A stretch of DNA of 64,000 nt. Source: Tetramitus jugosus. Its lineage: Eukaryota > Protista > Heterolobosea. Below, in pieces: positions 1 through 10,247 of the stretch. The stretch spans positions 558,001 through 622,000 of the forward strand of contig OW569346.1 of the NCBI GenBank assembly GCA_937625935.1, given 5' to 3'. Below the pieces are notes generated by a model. That model had not been told where the DNA came from and did not search any database. It saw only the letters and a list, made by a program, of their open reading frames with translations. A program made the translations under genes and the position numbers. Position 1 is the stretch's first letter; the number at the start of each line of letters is the position of its first letter.

Positions 1-228
1 ACCAGGTGACTTGTTGAAAATGACGTGGAGGAATGGAGTGAGATATGGTATGGGTCTATCGTTTAATTGAACCTGAAATGGATCGACAATGGTTCTCAGT
101 TTGAACTGTGGTGACAATGGTTTGTGATTGATGGTAATTTTGTTTTGTGCGAGAAATTTTTTGATGGATTTTCGATTGCAATAACCGAGTTGAATCCACA
201 GTTTTTCAAATTTGATACTGCCTGACAT
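1..228 (-). CDS. RsuA/RluB-family pseudouridine synthase, N-terminal part (runs off window start)
   Basis: Not in the ORF track. ATG at 228 after an A/C-rich leader, open to position 1: MSGSIKFEKLWIQLGYCNRKSIKKFLAQNKITINHK...LHVIFNKSPG. This is an S4-like domain followed by an NKPxG-like motif. Confidence 0.7.
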   Translation of the reverse strand, partial: MSGSIKFEKLWIQLGYCNRKSIKKFLAQNKITINHKPLSPQFKLRTIVDPFQVQLNDRPIPYLTPFLHVIFNKSPG

Positions 229-578
229 TTTTGTGGATGTTGGTGATGTTGTGTTGGTGGATGATGCCTTGGTGTTCACACGCGAAAGAGAAAAAAGTTT
301 TTGTTTTCACACGGAGGGAAAATAATGGAGGGAAAAAAATGCAATGGTTCAGAGCATTGTTTGAACATGTGTTTTTGTCCGCATTCTTCGGAAAGAACAC
401 GTGGCGGAAAATTGCTATTGCGGAGGCGTGAGTCATTTCTTTGAGCATTTTACGATCGTATGTTTTTCTTACCTTTGACCTGCACTCAAAATCAACAACG
501 CAGCGACAACTCATACATGAACATTTGCTGTTCTGAATTGTAACATACAACCCCATCACTACCATCACACTTATAGAC

Positions 579-2212
579 ATGAGATCCAATCCAAAGATTT
601 TTCTCCTGTTGCTATCAATCATCATCTGTTTGAGTTGGTGGACCAACAACAACAACAATCATCATTGTCATGTGACAGCTGCTACTCCAACAACAAGTCA
701 TCAACAACAATCACCCAATCCACTCCACTCTCTCATGACTCACAATCCATTCGACAAAAAGAAGTATCAAATCGTCGATGTTTCTCATGTGGTTGATGAT
801 GCCAACTGCACGGTGAAAGATGTCGACGTGTTCAATCATCAATTGTACAATAGTCTCAGTAAGATTACTCAAACAACATTCTTCAAGATTTTCAAGGTTG
901 ATCTCGACAGTGAATGTCCCTTCTGGGCTATGAAGAAGATGTGTTCGGGCAAGGGTGGATGCAATGTTTGTCAGTGTGATGAGAAAGATGTATGTAGATC
1001 AGAGATATAGATAACTCGAGTTAGTGACTTGAGAGGAATTATTGTCATGATGATTTCTTGGATTTTTATTGGTGGTGCATGAGTCACACAACAAGTTTAT
1101 TTTGTTCTTGTACTAATTATTGATTGATTGATTGATTGATCGACTCATAATTTGCGCAGATCCCTATTGCATGGAAGCAAACAACATTGGCACCTGTGAA
1201 CAAGGGTGGTTTCTTGAACTCTCAAGGAGCAAACAGAATGCTACCATCGAACATTAAACTGAACAAGTGGGAGGACAATGATGCCAATTGTTGGGTCCAA
1301 TCCCAATCAGATGCCAAAATGACCTATGTCAACTTGTTGTTGAATCCAGAGACAAGAACTGGATATGTAGGTGAGGATGCTGCTCGTGTCTGGAGAGCCA
1401 TCTACAATGAGAATTGCTTTAGTGGCAACTTGAATGACATGTGCATGGAAGAACGAGTGTTCTATAGACTGATATCTGGTTTGCACATGAGTATTACCAT
1501 GAAGATTGCCACGTACTATTTCCCAAAGGAAGAAGCACCACTCGTGTCCACCTATGAAAACTTTGAACCAAACTATGAAATGTTTGACAAGGTGATTGCA
1601 CCATTCCCAGACCGTATCAAGAATCTGTACTTTTTGTACTCGTTTACACAGAGAGCAATCCAAAAGGCTGCTCCCTTCCTGTCCAACTATGATTACAATA
1701 CTGGTAACCCTGCTGAAGATCAAGAAACTCAGCAACTAATGAGACAACTCCTGTCCATTCACGAACAGTGCGCTCAAACATTTGATGAGAGTCTCATGTT
1801 CAGAACAGAGCAGAGACAAGAATTGAGAGATCAAATGAGAGCTCATTTTAGAAACATTACAAACATTATGGACTGTGTATCCTGTGAGAAGTGCAAGATG
1901 TGGGCAAAGTTGGAAATGTTGGGACTCGCGACAGCTCTCAAGATTGTGTTGGCTGATGATCCTTCGATCATCAAGGGACTCCAGCGAAATGAAATTATCG
2001 CTCTGGTCAACTCCTTCAAGCAACACGCACAATCGATCAACGATCTGCAAAAGTTTGAACAGGCACGATTCAAGAAAGATTTGGCACCAATTATTTCAAT
2101 TGCTGTGACAAGTGTGTTTGTTCTCGTGGTGCTTCAATTCATCTTACGGGCAATCTGCTCATCCAAACAACCCGCTGATGACGGAGGCAAGAAGAACACA
2201 AAGCAAGAGTAA
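579..2212 (+). CDS. ERO1: ER oxidoreductin 1 (Ero1), 2 exons
   Basis: Exons 579-989 and 1160-2212; intron 990-1159 (GTATGT..TACTAAT..CAG) joins in frame. Signal peptide, CPFW..C..C shuttle region, RLISGLH, inner active site MDCVSCEKC, C-terminal hydrophobic helix. Confidence 0.95.
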
Positions 2213-2313
2213 AATTTTTCTTCTCACGAAGATTTCTGCGACGCGGGGAGTTCTTCTTGTAAACTTTTTCTGATTTTGATCAAAGCAAAAACACAACAAA
2301 AAATTGACTCATC

Positions 2314-4765
2314 ATGTTGTCCTCCATTTCAACCAGAAAAAAGGACGTATTGCTACGAATCATTGTTCTTTCACTCATCTATGTGTTAGCTTTTTGTACA
2401 AGATTGTTCTCTGTTTTGAGATTTGAGAGTGTGATTCACGAATTTGATCCGTATGTTATCATTTTATTTTCAAAACAAAATTCTCGTTCAGCTACAATTC
2501 TCTCCTGAATCCTGGACCTTTTTTCTGACACGATCTCCACTTTTTTTTCAGATACTTTAACTTTCGATCTGCAAAGTACTTGGTAGATAAGGGATGGTAC
2601 GATTTCTACAACTGGTTCGATGATTTTTCATGGTATCCATTGGGAAGAGTTGTTGGTGGTACAGTTTACCCTGGTATTCAAATCACTGCTGCAGTCATGT
2701 ACTGGATTTTGAATGCTTTTAACTTTACTGTCGACATGAGAAATGTGTGTGTCTTGACATCACCATTCTTTGCCAGTAACACTGTCCTGTCTACCTATCA
2801 GTTCACAAAGGAAATTTCTGGACCATCTGCTGCCTTGGTCGCTGCTGCCTTTATTGGTATTGTTCCAGGTATGTTTTTTTTTCAGGCATTCAAATTGTTG
2901 ATCAATAGAGCAGTTTTTTTTCTGTGTAATCTTCCTATTGTTCAGTGTGCTAATCTGTTGTCTGGTTTTTTCTCCTGCTGTTGACATTCCCCACGCACAG
3001 GTTACATCTCTAGATCTGTCGCTGGTTCATTCGATAACGAAGGTGTTGCCATCTTTGCCCTCTTGACAACATTCTGGTTGTTTGTGAGAAGTGTGAGAAC
3101 TGGATCATTGTACTGGTCAGTCATGGCATGTCTCTCCTATTTCTACATGGTTAACTCATGGGGAGGATACGTCTTTATTATTAACGTCATTCCAATCTAT
3201 GTGTTGGTATTGTTGGTCACTGGAAGATACTCTCATCGATTGTACGTCTCTTACAGCACCTTTTACATTTTGGGTACCTTTTTGAGTATGCAAGTGAGAT
3301 TTGTCAGTTATCAAGCTGTTCAAACTTCTGAGCACATGGCTGCATTGGGTATCTTTGTGTTGTTGCAAGTGTACAACTTTGTTGAATGGGTGAGATCATT
3401 GTTGGACGAAAAGTTGTTCAATCGATTGTTTGCTCTCATCATGTCATTCACATTGATTGGTGGTATCTCTGCTGCTTTGGTGGGATCTGCCACTGGTTAC
3501 ATTGCCCCATGGACCGGACGTTTCTATACCATGTTGGATCCAACCTATGCCAAGAAGCACATTCCAATTATTGCGTCTGTCTCGGAACATCAGCCTACCA
3601 CTTGGGCCTCGTTCTTCTTTGATTTGCACATTTTGACTTTCCTGTTCCCTGTTGGATTGTACTTCTGCTTCAGAGATATGACCGATATGTCCATCTTTTT
3701 GATTCTATATGGAATGCTCAGTGTTTACTTTTCAGTATGTATCTCTCTCCCTCATTTTTTCATTCTGGTGATTATTTTGTGACTCATCATTTCTGTTCAT
3801 TTTTTCCATAGGGTGTGATGGTTCGTTTGTTGCTTGTTCTTGCCCCTGCAGCATGTATGTTGTCTGCCATTGGTATCTCACAGACTTTGAAGACATACTT
3901 CCGTGTGATCAAGATTAGAGAAACTGAAGCCAAGGAAGAGAAGGTCGAGCAAGTCACCACAACCAAGAAGGGAGCTAGCAAGAAATCTACCAAGTCAGAG
4001 GAAACAAAGGGAATTCCTTCTGAGTTGGCATGGATCATGATTGCTGGTATCACAGTCTTGCTCTTCTTCTATGTTATGCATTGTACTTGGGTTACATCTG
4101 AAGCATACTCTTCTCCTTCCATTGTTCTTGCTGCCAAGGGACACAACGGCCAAAGAATCATCTTTGATGACTTTAGAGAGGCATACTATTGGCTCTCTGA
4201 AAACACACCTCAAGATTCAAAGGTTATGTCCTGGTGGGATTATGGTTATCAGATTACAGCTATGGCTAACAGAACCGTCCTCGTCGATAACAACACATGG
4301 AACAATACGCACATTGCTACTGTTGGTAAGGCCATGGCTTCCAATGAGGAGGATGCCTATAAGATCATCAGATCTTTGGATGTAAATTACGTTTTGGTCA
4401 TTTTCGGAGGTGTGACCGGTTATGCCTCTGATGATATCAACAAGTTTTTGTGGATGGTCAGAATTGCTGGATCTGTTGATCCAAATGTTCAAGAGAGAGA
4501 CTACCTTTCCAAGAGAGGACAGTACAGAATCGATAGTGAGGGATCTCCAACCATGTTGAACTCTCTCATGTACAAGATCTCATACTATGGATTCCCTCAA
4601 ATGATGACCGAGTATGGTAAGCCAACAGGCTACGACAGAGTCAGAAGAGTTGAGATTGGTAACAAGAACATTGAATTCAAGCACTTGGAAGAGGCTTTCA
4701 CCAGTGAGCACTTTATCGTCAGAATTTACAAGGTGAAGGATAGTCCAAATCGTAATGTTGAATAA
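2314..4765 (+). CDS. STT3: Oligosaccharyltransferase catalytic subunit STT3, 4 exons
   Basis: Introns 2451-2551, 2869-3000 and 3735-3811 (all GTATGT..AG) restore [40 protein letters not shown] and the DxxK motif. Confidence 0.97.
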
Positions 4766-4884
4766 ACATGTCACACAGTTGTATCATCAAAGTAAAATTC
4801 CCCGGCGGCAAAACAAAAAAGTTTTTCACACAAAACAAAAGCCGCACTCAAAAATAACAATCACGACAACAACAACAACAAAAA

Positions 4885-7044
4885 ATGAGCGACAACACTG
4901 AACAACAACAAGATCAAATTGTCAACGACGAAACCATTGTTGAACAACAACAAGAGGAAACAGAAGAAACAACACCAGAGGTTGTTGATCAACAAGAGGA
5001 GGAACAACCAGTAGAGGAAGAACAACAAGAACAACCAGTAGAAGAAGAGGAACAAGGAGAAGAAACAACAACAACTTCCGCTCCTTCCACAACTGAAGAA
5101 GAAGAAGCAGAAGAACAAAAAGAAGAAGAAGCCGTTGAACCAACAGAAGAAAAAACTTCAGAAACTGAAGAAGATTTTGTGATTGTTGAACAACAAGAAT
5201 CAATCACAGTCGTCAGTGATGAAGAAACTGGCAAGTCAGTTATCCAAGACACGATAACTACCACCACAACTGCCATTGTGAACACGGCCGCCATCACCTC
5301 TGAGGACGAACAAGTTGAAGATGCTGAAGAGTTGGAAATATTGAACAATGAAGAAGAAGAAGAAGGATTGGACGAGATGGATGCCAATGAAATGCTCGAA
5401 TCTATTCTTGAATCTGTTCAAGATGTTTTTACGCAAGCTGTTATGGATCGACTCGATGAAATGGAAGGTTTCGTGAGCTACAAGTGGAAGCAAGACGCAT
5501 CATTTGTCTATGTTTACTTGCAGTTGATTCATGGAGAGACATTGAATGCAGAAGGTGCCGTATCATTTGATTCCAAGCACATTCGTGCTCACACTGATGA
5601 TGTGAGTGAGGAGGAGCCTGGTCGATTGATTGTTGATGTATGTGATGTGTTGGGACGTTGTGTGTTATTGTTGTTTGTTGTTTACTTCTTTTTTTTTCAT
5701 TATTCACTCACTTTTTTTTGCTTTAATCACAAATAGCTTGATCTCTCAAGCGCCATCAACACTGACGAGTGCTCATTCTCTGTTGAGAATGATGAGTTGA
5801 TACTGAAGCTCAAGAAGGCTGATGATAACAGCCAATGGCTCTACTTGTTCGATGCTCCAATCAAGATGAAGATTGAAGAGACTGCAGATGGAGAGTCAAG
5901 TGCCGTGTTCACCGTGTTGAATCCACCTCTTGACACTGAATCATCATCCAGCTGGTTCACTGACTTGATTCAGCCAGATTGCATTGATGGACATGATAAG
6001 TTTGAGGCCAAGCGTGCACTATTCGAAGACAAGATTGTAGGCCAGTTCACAGAGGAAGTCGAGCTCGATGAAGAAGTGGCCGAAGATATCACCAATGAAC
6101 AACTGGCAGAGTTGTACTACCAAAAGGGAATGGATGGAAAGGAATTGAAGTTGTTGAGAAAGGCAGCTTCTTTGAACCATGTGGAGGCCAAGAGACAATG
6201 CCTCAGCATTGAGTCCCAATTGTTGAGCGACGAAGAGAGCTCAAGTACCATTGCAATCATGACTGCTAGCAATGAGGATGAGCACGATGCTATCGTAAAG
6301 GGTTTTGCTCAAGTGAAGGCACGATTGGAACAAAAGAAGTTGGATTATGCCAGCTCGCTCGTCCACACAAACAATGATCGTACTGCCATACTTGATTTGG
6401 CCAAGATCTATGAGCAAACAAAGGACTATGCCACTGCATTCATCTATCTGCTTGAGGGTTCACTGAGAGGATCTGTTCTATGCATGCAACACCTTGGTAC
6501 ACTGTACTATTATGGATCAGATAACTTCCCAAAGGACGAACAGAAGGCTAGTTCATGGTGGAAGATGGCTCTGAATCGTGGCTATGCTGCCGCTGCATAC
6601 AATTTGTGTGTCTTGTATGGTGGAGACAATGATAATTTGGATCTTGCACAAGAATACTTCCAATTGGCAAACTTTATTTCTGGAGATACCTTCTTGATGC
6701 CTGAGAAGGTTGCAGTTAAGTTGACCAGGGCTCAGGAGATGGATCCTGAAGATCTACTCGAGGCCGCAGCTCAGAATGCATTCGCACTGGAGGAAGAAGA
6801 GGAAGAAGAAGGCGAAGAAGAACCACAATTGGATTCCACTGCATTCACTCAGAAGCAAGTTCAACGATTGGAGAAGGCAAACCCATTTGCATTCAATCCA
6901 GAAGAATACGAAGAGGAAGAAGAAGAACCAGAACAAATTGTTGTCAAGGATGTTCCTGGTTTCGGTTGGAAGATTGCTGAGTGGGGCCTGACGTTTGGTG
7001 TCCTTGGAGCAATCGGTTATGCAATCAAGAGAAACAACCAATAA
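4885..7044 (+). CDS. Acidic N-terminus + CS (p23/Hsp20-like) domain + SEL1/TPR-like repeats + C-terminal membrane anchor, 2 exons
   Basis: Exons 4885-5637 and 5737-7044 (intron GTATGT..TAG, phase 0). Splicing completes a CS domain (YKWKQDASFVYVYL...LSSAINTDECSFSVENDELILKLKK...W). SEL1-like LGTLYYYG..DEQKASSWWKMA..G..AAAYNL. Tail WGLTFGVLGAIGYAIKRNNQ. Confidence 0.8.
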
Positions 7045-7366
7045 AGAACGCAACAGCCAATATTTAGTTTTTTTGAATCTTGTTTGAGAGCACTTTACTT
7101 GATTGACCGGTATATGTTGAGTTTGTCTCATCCATGCTTGTTGTTGAATGGAATCGAATTGAGGACAAGTGGTTGTGCGGACGGAATTTCTTATCGTTCA
7201 ATTTGTTAAGTGTCGCAAACGTTCGTAAGGATCGCATTGTAAAAACATTTTTCCGAGCACCCAACCTTACAATGTGTCCTTCCCATATGACATGACAATT
7301 TATCCTGGCAGGTCAAAAAAACAGCAAAACAACTAACTCCAAGAACCATACTCAAGATTCTAAACA

Positions 7367-7951
7367 ATGCAACAATCCATGATAAAATTCATTTTGGGTC
7401 TATTGTTCCTCCTCGTTATCGTTTGGTCATGCGATGCTCAATCAAATGAAGTCATCGTCCCTTTCGGTGTAAAGATTTCTCCAAGGAATACCTACACTAT
7501 CTACAACGGAGAGTTTGGGCAAGTAGAAACAAGTATTTTCCTCGATTACACTGCATCTGAGGCTTGGGGAGGCAAGGTTCACCATCAGTTCATAGCCACT
7601 GATCCAATGGGGCGAACCATGACAGCCACATATGAAAACAAAGGAGGTGTGTTGTATCTTCAGTTGAGTACAGGAAGTCCATCCATTTCCAAGTTTGAAG
7701 TCTTGTGTGTTCAAACTACTGTTTCATGCACTCTCAATGGCATCGTTAAATTTAAGCGTTACATTGAACCTGCACCTCCAGCTCCTGAACCAACCCCAAC
7801 CCCACCAACCCCACCATCTCCACCAACTCCTGTTCCAGATCCAGTACGCCCTCCTTCCCCAGCTCCTGCATCTAGTGCAAGCAAGGAGCCTGCTTTGGGA
7901 TTGCTTGCAGTACTTGTCGCAATCACAAGCTTCCTTGTTTTTTTTGCATAA
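7367..7951 (+). CDS. Secreted/surface protein with Pro-rich stalk and probable GPI-anchor signal
   Basis: N-terminal signal peptide, beta-rich domain, PAPPAPEPTPTPP stalk, small residues (SSAS), then a hydrophobic C-terminus with no cytosolic tail. Confidence 0.75.
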   Translation: MQQSMIKFILGLLFLLVIVWSCDAQSNEVIVPFGVKISPRNTYTIYNGEFGQVETSIFLDYTASEAWGGKVHHQFIATDPMGRTMTATYENKGGVLYLQLSTGSPSISKFEVLCVQTTVSCTLNGIVKFKRYIEPAPPAPEPTPTPPTPPSPPTPVPDPVRPPSPAPASSASKEPALGLLAVLVAITSFLVFFA

Positions 7952-8154
7952 GATTCTAATTGGTGTATGGATCAATAAAAATTGAATTTGTTCCTCAAGT
8001 AATCTTTTACTTCTCAACACTTTTAAATCATTTTTGACAGAATGACATTCAAGTTAGTGCGACTGAAATTTGCCCAAAAAAACAACAATTACAAAAACTG
8101 ACTTCATTCATTCCACCTAAATCAATGACATAGATATGAAATCGAAGCATGTGA

Positions 8155-8786
8155 CTAGTGGAGCGGGAGATAGAAATTATTATGCGACGACAAAAGTAGG
8201 CTTGTTGGTTCGTTCTTAGTCAAACCATACCTTTTGCGTGCACTGGCTAGTGCCAATGCAGCAATTTCCTTCTTAGCTCTTGCGAACACTGGAGAAGTGG
8301 CATTCACTTGCTCCAGGATTTGCCGATTTTCAGCGCTGAGCTGTGCAACAGGCACTGTTGGCAGTGGTGTTGCACTCCTTTGTTCTTCTGCCTCCATTAG
8401 ATCAGGAACAGTTCTTTGTGCAACTTCTTGTTCCGGTATTGGAACCAGTTTGTTGCCCTCTCGACCCTTTGTCTTTGCCAATTCCTTGGTGAGTTCTGTG
8501 ACCTGTCGACGCAGTGCGTCAACCACCGTCAGCAGCTCCTCGTACATCTTCGTCAACCTCTTGTTGACTGCCTTGAGAGGATCATGTGGTCTCTCGACGT
8601 ATCGAGTGACCGTGGCCTTGACCTTTTGCTCTCCGCTGAGCACTGCTCAGCGGAGCATAGGTTTCATCACCCATGACCAAGAAAGCAGTGTCACGCTTCT
8701 TGAGCACATTGGCAACCTTCTCAGGTCCCAGTAGCACGGCTGTTGCCGGTGTATTCCTTCTCCAAATTTGTTGAATCACCAGACAT
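8155..8786 (-). CDS. Leucine-zipper protein gene, frame-disrupted (recoded gene or pseudogene); 3' end uncertain
   Basis: Five-leucine heptad run at 8577-8491 (L-KAVNKR-L-TKMYEE-L-LTVVDA-L-RRQVTE-L). Probable intron from the GTATGG donor at 8230 (TAG acceptor at 8155 or about 8117). The 5' part is spread over three frames (see findings). Confidence 0.45.
8631..8655. repeat. Perfect inverted repeat (12-bp arms, 1-nt spacer)
   Basis: CTCCGCTGAGCA-c-TGCTCAGCGGAG. Confidence 0.95.
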
Positions 8787-8854
8787 GTGCTTCCGTTTTT
8801 TCTGCGTTTTTTGACCATTAAAAAGTCTAATTTCGTAAATTTTGAAGTATCGAT

Positions 8855-8927
8855 GCCTTCCTAGCTCAGTCGGTAGAGCGTTGGGCTTTTAACCCAACGG
8901 TCGGGGGTTCGAGCCCCCCGGAAGGCG
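8855..8927 (+). tRNA. tRNA-Lys(TTT)
   Basis: Acceptor stem GCCTTCC/GGAAGGC, D-arm TAGCTCAGTCGGTAGAGC, anticodon arm TTGGG-CTTTTAA-CCCAA, T-arm GGGGG-TTCGAGC-CCCCC; 73 nt, no intron. Confidence 0.97.
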
Positions 8928-9036
8928 TTCTCGTTTTGTGCCTTTAGATATCTGAAGTTCTCGTGTGCGAACTTGAAAGCAAAAGAAACAAAGAAAACAA
9001 AGGCACCAAACGTGATCCTGACTGCCACCAATAATT

Positions 9037-10218
9037 ATGCCCCACCAATATCAACTCGAGATCATATCACCATCGACTGCCGATGTGGGTTCTCGCTTTG
9101 CTCCCATCATGAACCTCGTGAATCAGGACGGTGACTACCACAGACTCACATCGACACTGCCCATCAAAAAAGTGCAAGTAGATGACTCTGGCTGCGTTCA
9201 CCTATTGACCGAAACAGGTCAATTATACTATGTCGGATCAAATGACAGAGGACAATCTGGACTGGGTCACAAGGATCCCATCAATCAGTTGCAACTGACT
9301 CGTGAAGGCGTCAAGGACGTGTTTGCTGCGTACGGCACATGTTTTACACTGATGGAAGATGATAACAGGTTGTTCATGCAAGGACAGAACACTTATGGTA
9401 CTCATCCACATGTGTCTGATTCGTGTCTGGCTCCGACTGAATTCTCTGCAAGTACCCTGTTCCCTCACGATCCAACAGAGAGATTTGTCATGGCATCACC
9501 ATGCTTCTCCAGTAGTGTACTGTGGACAAATAGGAGAAAATTGTACGTCAGTGGTCAATACTATTGGTACAATGGACAGATGAGTGGTCCGAGCTTTGGT
9601 AGTGTGGCGATTGAAGGATTGGAGTCGCACGAGGAGTTTGTCCTGATGAGCAGCGGCAATTTTCATTGTTACATTTTGACCAATGAGGGCAATGTGTACG
9701 TCGGTGGACAGGGTGCTCAGAATCTGTTGGTGGGTCACTCGAGTCCACTGGTGGGATTCCGAAGGTTGGACGTGGTTGAGGGCAAATTCCGGCACGTGAG
9801 CTGTCACAAGTACATTTCCATGTTTCTGTCCATGTCAAATGATGTGTACTTTTTGTTGGATCACAGTTCATTCTTGACCAAGCATTTCAAGTCAGAGACA
9901 CTACCGAATGCACCCAATCTGAGAAAATTAGTTTTTGAGAGTCCGATGCCAACCATTACCGAGTGCTTCTTGTCCTATAATCAGTTCATGTTCTTGACAG
10001 TTGAAGGTGTGATCCATGCGGAGAACAATAGCGGCGACCAGAATCAAAATTACAAATGGATTCGCCAAGTGAAAGCAAATCCAAATATGCGATCCAGTTC
10101 GAACACGATGAATTTTTTTTATTGCAAGGGTGGCGCATTGCCTGGTGAGGGATTCAGGCTGAAACTGCGTGCTCGTGCGTCAGATGGACTGTGTTCAGAT
10201 GTTGATTTTGTATTTTGA
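9037..10218 (+). CDS. RCC1/BLIP-II-like beta-propeller protein
   Basis: RCC1-like repeats: LTETGQLYYVGSNDRGQSGLGH, SSGNFHCYILTNEGNVYVGG, LFMQGQNTYG. Confidence 0.8.
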   Translation: MPHQYQLEIISPSTADVGSRFAPIMNLVNQDGDYHRLTSTLPIKKVQVDDSGCVHLLTETGQLYYVGSNDRGQSGLGHKDPINQLQLTREGVKDVFAAYGTCFTLMEDDNRLFMQGQNTYGTHPHVSDSCLAPTEFSASTLFPHDPTERFVMASPCFSSSVLWTNRRKLYVSGQYYWYNGQMSGPSFGSVAIEGLESHEEFVLMSSGNFHCYILTNEGNVYVGGQGAQNLLVGHSSPLVGFRRLDVVEGKFRHVSCHKYISMFLSMSNDVYFLLDHSSFLTKHFKSETLPNAPNLRKLVFESPMPTITECFLSYNQFMFLTVEGVIHAENNSGDQNQNYKWIRQVKANPNMRSSSNTMNFFYCKGGALPGEGFRLKLRARASDGLCSDVDFVF

Positions 10219-10247
10219 ACGGTTAACAACAATCTTGTAATAAATTA

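Noticed and set aside
1040-1090. Box C motif ATGATGA in the ERO1 intron (also CTGA motifs in the PSMA5 intron)
   Set aside because: No matched box C/box D pair with a terminal stem and a recognisable guide.
7064-7264. Small minus-strand ORF with presequence-like composition
   Set aside because: Short, no recognisable domain, and no independent support.
8582-8786. Ornithine decarboxylase antizyme (short ORF ending NNN-TGA with an open +1 frame)
   Set aside because: The downstream frames lack antizyme motifs.
8155-8818. tRNA-targeted retroelement remnant
   Set aside because: No reverse transcriptase, integrase, LTR, poly(A) or target-site duplication is visible, and a spliceosomal donor is present.
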